Positions 37,136 to 47,730 of a stretch of DNA of 64,000 nucleotides are shown in pieces. Location of the stretch: NCBI GenBank assembly GCA_043228905.1, contig JBHGNT010000013.1, forward strand, positions 19,654,001 to 19,718,000, written 5' to 3'. Every line of letters starts with the position of its first letter. Position 1 is the first letter of the stretch. This DNA is from Azolla caroliniana (Eukaryota > Plantae > Polypodiophyta). Position numbers and translations under genes: made by a program. The notes below the pieces were generated by a model. The model made no database searches and was not told the origin of the DNA. It saw only the letters and a list, made by a program, of their open reading frames with translations.

Positions 37136-38430
37136 TATTATAGAACCAGGGATAACCCAGTATTACATCAGTGGTACAAAGATTCATTACATGGAAGTCT
37201 ACTTCCTCTAGATATAAGTATCAATAGAAATTCCTAATGAATGAATCGCCTCATTGATGTATTGTACTCTTCCATCAGCCAAGTGCATTGTATAGGTGTG
37301 ATCACTTATGGTGGGTTGGAATCCCCATATCTGAACCAAACCATCATTCACAAAGTTGTGTGAGCTTCCCGAATCAAACAAAAATTGTACGAGAGATCCA
37401 TACATAGTAAATCATTGGGACCCAATACATAGTGAGGGAAAGAACATTGACAATTACTTAAATGATGTGTATAGACTTGAAGGACATTAGGAATCTGACC
37501 TTTATGGTCTGCAGCTTTAGCTTTACTATCGTGCTCTTTCCGTTGGAGCTTTCGACATTGCTCTTTTGTATGACCCTTCTTTTTGTAGAATACGCAAAAA
37601 GGCTATTGTCGCTTACAATCGCGATCCATGAATTCATTGGGTGTCTTGCGTTTCCCAGCGAATTGTGACTGCTTAGTCCCGGGCGCTTCATTAGGTTTGT
37701 TGTGGTCCTTCGAAGTGCGTTGATAGCGAAGAACTATTTCAACGGCCTCTTCGAAGGATTTTGAATCCTTATCGTGCACTATCTAGTGATAGTCCGAATT
37801 GGGGATGCCATTGACAAAACAAGCTATTAACCAATTGTCCCTTTCTAGACCCAATTTTTGGATTTGGGTTCTAGCATGGTGGACATAGTCTTCTAGCGAA
37901 GAAAATTTCCTACTAGAGAGGTTCATTAAAGATTGAGCTGCCTCGGTTCGAGAGGGAGGTTGCAGAAATTGGCCCTTAAAAACTGTGACAAAATCTGTCC
38001 AGGTATCAGACAATTTCCCCAAAGTTCGGAGCCCACGCCACCAGGCGGCGGCCTTACCCCCTAGTTCTCGGCCGACATATGCAATCTTCGTACTAGTTGG
38101 CATGGGATAGAGCTCAAAATGAGACTCCCATCGGCCCAGCCACGTGCAGATTGCTTCTTCGGTTCTTTCCTTATTTTCTCCCATAAATGGCTTAACGACA
38201 AACAATGGTTCACCTTGTCGCTCATCAAGTCTATTAGTCTCATGTTGTAAACTAATGACACGTGCCTCGAGAGCACTTTGAGATTGCCGAAGTTCGGTCA
38301 TCTGTTGAGCGGTGAAACTAAGGTATTAGCTTATTTGTGAAAAATACATCTCAATGGACATTTGTCCAGGAGGATTTGCTTGAGTTCCTTCCGCTTGAAC
38401 GGATGACATCGGGTCATTATTTTGAGCCAT
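37136..38430 (-). pseudogene. gag and protease of the outer chromovirus (broken)
   Basis: Retrotransposon gag (WLGRWESHF, LGGKAAAWW, W.DF..VFKGQF), degenerate knuckle CVFYKKKGHTKEQC, protease FLFDSGSSHNFV and DVILGYPW. Confidence 0.85.
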
Positions 38431-40557
38431 TGAATGATTATTTCTAGCAAAGAAATAGGATAAGGTCAGACAAATAGTCATAACATCATGTCGTGATGTA
38501 AACATATCATGGGCAAACATTAATCGATATCATGATCTCACGTCAATACCCCTCTAGATGTATGAGATGAGGTTCAAGATCAGGTTACTATGGTAACACA
38601 AAGGTGTTTTAAAAACCATGGGGGTGACAAATAAATGTCTTTCCCTAATCTCTATATCGATTTTTTTCATGGCGGCTCCCCGAGGCTCAACCATGTATGT
38701 TTGCGTCATGAATAGTTTATACACGAAAAAAATGTCAACAATAAACTATGTTTCGGTGCCCACATATGTGGTTTCGGCTCTTTAAGTCCTATTACGAGGA
38801 CCCCGAAGTGCACTTAGACCTCAAGTCTAAACATGTGTTATAGTCATATGTATCAACAATGTTGTATGGTCTTGGTTATATTTGAACTCGAGACCTCGAG
38901 AACAAATACATTAAACACTTGAGCTAACCAATTAGGTTGCTCTTTTTGAATGTTATGTCTCATGCGTATAAGAGATATGCAAGGCATTTGCCCATATATG
39001 TTTTTGTAAAAGAAACATATATGTCAAGAGTCCTTATTTCCCCCTCGTTTACCACAAACTTTGTTGGTACGTTACCTAACCTCAAGTCTCGTAATTACGA
39101 TGGCATACGCCAAAGTGCAACCTAATGGTCAAGCCAAATGAGCCCTCTTTTCGTAGTAGGCCCATCACATGGTTACGTCATTATGAATGCCTTTCGTAAG
39201 AATGATCTCATGGTGGCATCGTATCCATGTAATGAGGGAGGGATGTTGGATATGTGTGTCATAGGAGCGACCTCACACGAAGTGGGTTAAGCCCTATGTA
39301 CTCAACACCATTGTGGCTATGATTGTTTCATTACGTAACGAAATCGAAGTCACCAACGGGGATGTCAACCAATAAAAAGTTGTTGAAAAAGGGATGGTGA
39401 CAATGCCATTCTCACAAAAATGTGAGGACGGCCACCAAAATCCTTTCCCCGAAAAGGAAAACATTTGATATTAAAATCACGTAATAACTTATATACACAT
39501 ATGTATATTATCACATATATACGATCAAATACGTATACACGTGACCACATATGCATATATAAAAGAAATCATAATATAAATTAGCCAAAAATGATGTAAT
39601 CGAGATACGTAAGCGAGGCATATACCCTCTATGCACACGAAACATCTAAAAATAAGGGTTAATCGTAATACGCAATTACGGTATTGACCTCATACGCATA
39701 TCAATTACATACAAATCAAGGTAATGACCTCATACGCAAACATAACATGTGTTTGTGAACGTAATACGTAATTGAGGTATTAACCTCGTACGCATACGAC
39801 ACCAATCACATATTAAATATATGTCAAATGAGGTATTGACCTCGTGCACATATGTAAACATTTTATATAACCAATTAATTACCACTACAACATCATTGAA
39901 TTAATGAAAAAAAAATTACATATGACCATATACATGATTAGAAGGGAGAAGAAAAAATAGAAAAACAAATAAGGAAAGAGTTACCGAAGTTCTTTGTTGA
40001 TCGTTGTCTGGATCAAGGCCGACAGCACATTGATCGATCACCATCAATCAAGAACACCAAAGACAACAAAAGGAACATTAGAACATGAGCTCGGATACCA
40101 ACTATTAGAGATATGTACTAATGTAAGCAAAGGATAAGGATAAACGATAGATCTAGATAGAGAGGAAAGAGAGAAAGAAGGGTGTCGATCCACCCGACCA
40201 CCCCCGAGCGAAGGGATCAAGACGGACTCGAGCCTCGATCGGCGTCCCATACCACCGTCCTGGTGTCGAGTCGTACTTGGTGCTGGCGCGCTTGCCACAA
40301 GAGTTGAACCACCGAGAAACAGAGTCTCGACATAGTCAAAAAGATCATGAAATGAGGGTAGCTAGGCCTCTTATTTATAGCAATACCCAAGGGCCCCAGG
40401 CAAGTTCACACTTGGCCTAATGGATTGTCTCAATACCGAGGATTAAAAGTAATCCTCCCCTTCTTTACACTCTCATTTAACCCTCACACTTATCCACGTG
40501 TATAGAATACTATAGTAAATTCTCACCACAGGATATTATATGGTCATGCCCGTAACA

Positions 40558-43175
40558 CTATGAGTAAGAGTATCCGCTCGATACATGCGTGAGACCATCT
40601 ACCTAAACTAAACGAATGGTGTTGAGTGACATGATGTCTACTAGAACTAAGTTCACATAGCAAGATAATTTCCATTTGAACGAAAGCATGTACTATGAGT
40701 AACAGTGTTCACTCAATACATGCATGAGATCATCTACCTAAACTAAATGAATGAAGTTGAGTGAAACAATGTCTACTAGAACTAAGTTCACATAGCAAGA
40801 TAATGTGCATTTGAACGGTGTCGCGGTATTCCACGCGGATACGTGGAAACGGGGCAGGACCACGGGGGTCTTGAACCAAGGAATCGAGAAAAGAGGAAGG
40901 GGCCCGCGCATCACGTAAACACAAACACCGCGAACCGGTAAAGAGGAGTAGGAAGGAGCTGGTCGTAGGTGTCGGACTCAAGGTAGTACGAGAGAATGGC
41001 AACACAAGAACGACACAGTAGAAAGACAACGCAAACAACAGAATAGGTTATCACTGGTAGTTAGGACGCGCGCATGAAGCATAGGGGATACAACCGGTCA
41101 GAGCCGGGAATAGAGCTTCGAGCTCTAGAAAAAACACAGGAAAAAGAGGACCTCTGGCCGGGAGCGCGCGAGCCGGGGGTTCCTTCCCGAGATTGGTCGT
41201 AGAGGTCCCGGAGAGAATGGATGAGCGAGCTCCTTCCCCCTGTTCAATAGCGTCCTCTTCTTCTTAAGAAAGAAGAGAAAAAAAAACACAACAACCCCCA
41301 ACAGTTTGAGGCCGCCCCTTTTATAGCACAAGGAGCAGTCGTTACACCCGGTTTAATGATACCCCGATATTCTCTCCTTTCTTTCCGCGCCCCTACCCAC
41401 GTGACATTAAATCCCCTAAAAGTGCCTAACTTCCTAGTAATCCACAAAACCTACCGACACCTAGTACTTACACAAGTTAGTACAAAAGGGGGTGCACTTG
41501 TGCACACCTGCGTTCCCACGCTTTTGGCGACATTTCCCCCGATGGCCTGGAATCTTCACGACATCCACCCCCACCAAATTGCACATCCTTTGGTATGTGC
41601 CAGGTAGCGAGTTTAGTGGAGGATTCCAGGGCTAACCGTTACTCGTCCTCTCGGTCCGAATTATCGCTTTTGATTCCCATTGTCACATCTAATTCTGCTT
41701 CGTTCCGCCTTTTGAAGGCCTTTATCCACTTCTCTGCTACCAGTGTCGTCATCCGGGTTCCGTCGAGCTCCGCAAGAACCATGTATGGCCCGAACCACCG
41801 TTTTGTGAACTTATGCGTAGACTGATGCTGGTTGTCGAGGTTGTTGTCGTAGACCAGCACTCAGTCGCCTTCCTCGCTCTTTTCTTAGCCAAAGTGTGCG
41901 TCCAGTCGAACCTGGTGTTGTTTCTGCTCCGTGACTCTTTTACCCTCGTTGGCCTTCGCTCAAGTTGTCGGATGCATGCCGCCTACAATTCTTCTCGGCT
42001 CATTTCATCGGCCCAATTGACCGCCATCCAGGAGGTAATTGTTCGTTCCACCGGCATGATGGGTTTCTGCCCGAACATGAATTCCGCAGGCATCTACCCG
42101 GTCACCGAACTGTGGGTAGTCCAGTCCGCCCATAGCACGTAAGGGAGTAGTCTCGGCCAGTTGCCGACTCGTCCTTCGCATGCGCGTACTATGGCCTTTA
42201 CGATCGGTCCATGACCCCGCTCGACCTTCCCATTTGCTTATAGGTTGTACGTCGTTGCGAGGGTCAACTTCACCCCTAGTTGATCAAACAGTTCCTTCGC
42301 CTCCTCCGCATCCAGCTCTCCTCGATCAGCCACAATCTTTCCTATGCACCCGTATCGGCAGACGACATCTTCAATCAAAAACTTGCACATGGCCGCGGTG
42401 GTCTTGTTTGTCAACGCTCAACCCTCCACCTAGTTTGGCATATCTTCCCTTGCTAGCACAAGGTATCGCATCTGTCCTACTCTCATTGGCACCGTCACCA
42501 AGTCGACCATCCACTTGAAGTGTATGGCCGACAGGTCAGAGCCGGGAATAGAGCTTCGAGCTCTAGAACAAACACAGGAAAAAGAGCACCTCTAGCCGGG
42601 AGCGCGCGGGTGTCTAACGCGAGCCGAGGGTTCCTTCCCGAGATTGGTCGTAGAGGTCCCGAAGAGAATGGATGAGCGAGCTCCTTCCCCCCTATTCGGC
42701 AGCGTCCTCTTCTTCTTAAGAAAGAAGAGAAAAGAAAAACACAACAACCCCCAACAGTCTGAAGCCACCCCTTTTATAGCACAAGGAGCAACCATTACAC
42801 CTAGTTTAATGATCCCCTGATATTCTCTCTTGATATTCTCTCCTTTCTTTCCGCACCCCTACCCACGCGACATTAAATCCCCTAAAAGTGCCTAACTTCC
42901 TAATAATCCACAAAACCTACCTACACCTAGTACTTACATAAGTTAGTACAAAAGGGGGTGCACTTGTGCACACCCGCATTCCCATGCTTTTGGCGATGTT
43001 TCCCCCGATGGCCTGGAATCTTCACGACAACAGAAGCATGTACTATGAGTAAGAGTATTCACTCAATACATGCATGAGACCATCTACCTAAACTAAACGA
43101 ATGAAGTTGCGTGAAACGATGTCTACTAGAACTAAGTTCACATACCAAGATAATGTCCATTTCAACGGAAGCATC
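40558..43175. repeat. ~135-bp tandem repeat (3 units) interrupted by an LTR element
   Basis: Units starting ctatgagtaa at 40558, 40693 and 43043 share catctacctaaactaaa..gaa..tgtctactagaactaagttcacata. Confidence 0.85.
40819..43029 (-). mobile_element. Older deleted relative of the TGTCG gypsy family
   Basis: 3' LTR 40819-41563, PPT, integrase remnant 41639-42530 (HKFTKRWFGPY), truncated 5' LTR ~42534-43029; TSD ACGG/ACAG. Confidence 0.85.
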
Positions 43176-43570
43176 TAGTTGGAATGATCATCTCAAGGAA
43201 ATGTCTTCCCATACTGAAGTATCAATGTGAAGCAAAATGTGCATTGCGAACACCAATGTAATCAACTCGAACTATTGGAGGACTTAATATCCAATGAAGG
43301 TCAATTAAAGTTAAACTTGTCAATGGCACCAATAGAATGATCCCTAACATGTAAGGAAGGAGAAACTAGTTGGCCAATATGAAAAAAGGTAGTGGAAGAG
43401 AAAGGGGTAAATACGAGGTGGTGCATGTACTTACAAGAGGGGTTTTCCACACACCAACAAAGGGTCTTATCATTCAAGTGAAGGGAAGTGAAATGAGAAG
43501 TGGCATGGTAGGATCGCAAGAAGGTCAAACCTGGAGTTAGTGAGGGAGTGATCATCTAGTATGAGGAGGC

Positions 43571-43608
<38 letters not shown>

Positions 43609-44313
43609 CAGCTTACCCCAATGTGAGACAGGGCATTGGGGCGACATTGCACACTTGGCCCTAAACAAGTTCAAGAGTCTAAGTATCACACTTTGATACA
43701 ATGCTCTGCCTTTGATCATATTTGACCATGCTTTCCACACATCTTCGACTAAGCCCAATCCTTGCACGAATTTCTCTCACAACCACAATGTGCACTCTTG
43801 ATTGCAAAATTAATTGGTAAAGTTCTTGAACATCGAGAGCCACTACTCACTTTCACACATATCATGTGAAATGTAATAGTTTTGGTCTCATTGGTCATAT
43901 TTTACCTCCGAAGACGATAATAGAATCTATCTATCTATCTATCTATCTATCTCTCAATGAAAACACACAATTTTATTAGTAACTATGTGTGAATACTCTC
44001 CAAATGAAGTCCTTTGCTACAAATGGCGTTTTAGAATGGCAACTATGTTTCAAGATCTACCACCATGCATAATTAGAGTTACAAACCCTCCATTCTTGCT
44101 CGGCCTTAGATAAATGCCACGGAAGAGACTCAATGGAGCAATGATACAAGAGATTAGAAATCACTTGTAAAACCATAGCCTAACCTTGTAAACAACCACT
44201 CTCTCTCTCTCTCTCTCAGCTTACCCTAGTGGTAAATTGTTACACTATATGCATTATGTCTTGGGTTTGAAACCCAATTTTCTCACTCTATTAGATACTT
44301 CTTCACACATATC

Positions 44314-44600
44314 TCTTAATTCACTAGATGCCATTGTGGAATGTAAGGGCTGAACCCATGACCTCCTGGTCTTAATTGGTCTCTTAATTCACTAGATGTC
44401 ATTGTGGAATGTAGGGGTTGAACCCATGATCATGACCTCCCGGTCTCCATTGGTCTCTTAATTCACTAGATGCCATTGTGGAATGTAGGCGTTGAACCCA
44501 TGACCATGACCTCGTGATCTCCATTGGTCTCTTAATTCACTAGATGCCATTGTGGAATGTAGGCGTTGAACCCATGACCTCGTGGTCTCCATTGGTCTCT
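44314..44600. repeat. Tandem ~65-70-bp repeats (4 copies) containing a tRNA B-box-like motif on the minus strand
   Basis: tctcttaattcactagatgccattgtggaatgtagg.gttgaacccatgacc is repeated; the reverse complement contains gggttcaaccc. Confidence 0.75.
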
Positions 44601-44620
44601 CTCGCTCTCAGAAGATATAT

Positions 44621-44683
44621 TGTGTCATGGGCCAATTTTGGCCTTAGAAGACATTAATATTTCTTTCTTTCTTTCTTTCTTTC
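44621..44683 (+). mobile_element. Short 3' remnant of the same LINE family
   Basis: tcatgggccaa.tttggccttagaagac.ttaata..(TTTC)n matches the LINE end at 25623-25681. Confidence 0.8.
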
Positions 44684-45047
44684 TCTCTGGTCTCTTCTTC
44701 TGAGTTACACCATTAGACTACCGATAACTCTTCTGGGTTTAGGGTTTGGGGTTTAGAAGTGGTCTCTTTCTGAGTTACTCCATTAGGCTACTAATAATAA
44801 TAATAATTATGGGGAGAAGAAGTTTTAGCAGATACTACAAGAAAGCATCAATTTTTTTACCACACAAAACCAAGACACAACACACTAACTAGTTTTGATT
44901 CATTACAATTTACAATAAAGGCTCTGAATTTTGCGTATGAAGAAAAAACGAAGGTTTTGTGGATAACACACACACACACACATACATACATACATACACA
45001 CGCAGAGAACGAACGAGCTACTCTCTCTGGAGCTATTTCACTCAGCC

Positions 45048-47060
45048 ATGGCGGCAGCTCAAACCTGCACGGTCGCCTTTGCCTTGCCATCCCTTCATCT
45101 TCATCTTCATCATCACAGATCTTCCTGCATTCTTCTTCAACGTCGTAATAGATCACTCCTTGGCTCATCTTCCCTCGCACTGCGGAAGCTTTGCCCTCCC
45201 TCTTCTTCTCGTGTCACTGCCTGGTTCAAATTCGGTACAGATTCAGAGAAAGCAGGAATCTATGGAAGCCAAGGTCGTGATGACTTCGATCGAGACGATG
45301 TGGAACAGGTCTCGTCTTCTTCTCCCCACCTTCTTCTTGCTTTCTCTGCAGATTTCTTGCTTTTATTTCTCCGTAATATAGCTTTGTTCCATTGCTGCAG
45401 AAGCATTTATTTTTCGAAATCCTACTTTCTCCTTTGTGTCGTGCCTCATTTTGTGCGTTTAAATCTTCTATTTCTGGCCTTCTTCTCTGTGCTTACACCT
45501 TCGCATTCTGCTTGTGTGCTCGAAAAAACTAATTCTGGTTTCTTTTCTGCGTTTTCACTTAGTAGTTACGCAATTGTCTTTCTTTTCTGTATCATGTTCC
45601 GTTTCTATATTTAAATTTTACATTATCTTATTCTGATACCATGTTATTCACAGCGTTTGCTGTTTCCTTTTTGTGATTCAGTTTCTGTGCTTACATATTC
45701 TTTTCACGATCTCTATATTTCTTGTTTCCTTTTCTATGATCATATCATGTTATTCTGATTCCATGTTTTCATTCTTGTGTGTTCTTTTAAGTGAATTGTT
45801 TATTCCTCGTTCAAATGGCCTGTAGAAATTAATTGTTTTTTTAATATTTCTGCTTTTTTTTTTGTTTGCAATGTGTTATTCTACTTCCATGGCCACAAAA
45901 AACATTTTTTTATTTTGATCAATATAAAATATTTCTGCGGTCTTTTCCATGTTTATACCTTGTTCTATTTTAGGAAAAGCTACAGACACAATCCTTTCTG
46001 TTTTCTGAAAAAATGTCGATTTCCTACATATTTCTTTATCTCTTGCTTGCAAGGAAGCGCTGCTTCCATCCATGTGCATTGAAATCCCGGAAATGTTGGA
46101 GACATGACTCTTAGGCCTTTTGTTTCACTTTAGGGATGAAATATGACCAGTGGATGAGCAGGAGATAGTCTCATTTTATGTTAAGATTAGTGTTGTTGGA
46201 GAATCCAGTGCCAAAGATACCAGTATTTTTTTATAAGATTTGAAGTATTCCCTTAGTGTTGGTAAGTTTACTGTTGAAAAAGGCTACATGAATTCAGAAA
46301 ACTCTTATTTTGTGATAAGATTGTAAGTATTCCAGTGTATTCATGTTGTATGATTTCCCATAGGGTTGGTAAGTTTAATATTATAAAAATACTACATGAA
46401 TTTAAGAAACATACTTAGCTTTCTCACATCTATATTCAACAATATGATTATTGCTTGTAATGGTACTGTTGTACACATGCTTCATTATGAGATTCAGGCA
46501 ACATAGGTCTTGCCTCCATATCCAATGCCATATATAAGCATTCAGACCCTTTAGGTTTTAAAACTTCTCTGATTAGGCCTACATAGTAGTGAGTTTGGTC
46601 ATAGAATAAGAATGTTCTGTTAATTTCTGAAAACTTATTTGGGGTATCCTGGTAAATACCCAACAAGCTAGTGATATATTTTGGTGTTTTTACCTCGAAC
46701 ATAATTTTTTCCATCCACGTTAGAATTATGTTGCACTGAATTTGTCAAGCTTGATAAGTTTTGTACTATGGAATGAAAATGTTAACTGAATATCCTTCTA
46801 TTTTTTTATAGTATTTCAACTACATGGGAATGCTTGCAACAGAAGGAACATATGATAAAATGGATGCATTGTTGACAAAAGGTATCCATCCCGTAGATAT
46901 TCTATTACTTCTGGCAGCTTCTGAAGGTGACAAGCCAAAAATACAAGAGTTGATGAAAGCTGGAGCCAAATATGATGTAACTGATGTAGAAGGAAGAACA
47001 GCTTTGGATCGATCCCAGGATGACGGCATTCGAGATTTTATATTATCATTTTCGAAGTGA
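45048..47060 (+). CDS. LTD: LHCP translocation defect protein (LTD/GDC1), chloroplast ankyrin protein, ~169 aa; exons 45048-45308 and 46812-47060
   Basis: Transit-peptide-like N-terminus, WFKFG..AGIYGSQGRDDFDRDDVEQ|YFNYMGMLA.EGTYDKM..IHPVDILL..GRTALDR; phase-0 GT-AG intron. Confidence 0.93.
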
Positions 47061-47730
47061 AGTTTTTGCCTGGTGCTATGTGTTTTATTCGAGATTGTGT
47101 AGAAAAGCTGTAGGTTTTGAGGTATTTGGAATAATTAAGTACATTTCTGTCTTTAACATCTTCATGATTTCCTCATGTATGAGGCTCAAGAAATGTTGAT
47201 CCATTGGAAGGTTTTTCCTCACAGCATTGGTCGTTGAACGATTCAAGATTTCTGTACAGCAGCTCTGGATGAGTGAAAGTATTAGTATATATGCCCAAGT
47301 ATAAAATGCGGAGTTATTGATTTTTCAAGGCATACATTCTATCTTCATTTATGTTTCCCAAAACTGTAAATAGATGTTGATCAATCATGCGTATTATTTT
47401 CTGTGAATGTTGTAGACCACATGTTCTATCTATTAAATTCTATGCATAGACTCTTTGTGTCCATATTTAATGCTTGAAAAGTGTTCCATCACACTAGTAA
47501 TGTATTAAGGCACTTTTGGCCTCACTTCTAGTATGTATTGGCAACGAGGAGCTATCTAAACACATGGGTTTAAAAAAGAAATCCATGTGCATTATTTACT
47601 TGTAATTGGGACTTCACAGTAGATGATAAACACCTACAGCAAATATCAAAGTGTTTATATTTATAGCAACCAAGGCAGTGAGAGTTGCTATTAATGTGGA
47701 GAATCAAATAGGATGAAGAGTAGTTACTAT

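Larger units (their letters stand above)
8559..40557 (-). mobile_element. Decayed Ty3/gypsy chromovirus forming the outer shell of a 32-kb nest
   Basis: 3' LTR 8559-9014 and 5' LTR 40103-40557 (~5% diverged by eye); TSD CTATG (8554-8558, 40558-40562); PBS TGGTATCCGAGC (iMet-like) at 40089-40100; PPT next to 9015. Confidence 0.92.

Noticed and set aside
44314-44600. CRISPR-like repeat array (also 1-190 and 2320-2560)
   Set aside because: Eukaryotic context, no unique spacers and no cas genes; ordinary tandem repeats.
45048-45614. 188-aa ORF as a complete protein
   Set aside because: Reads through the LTD intron after the donor at 45309.
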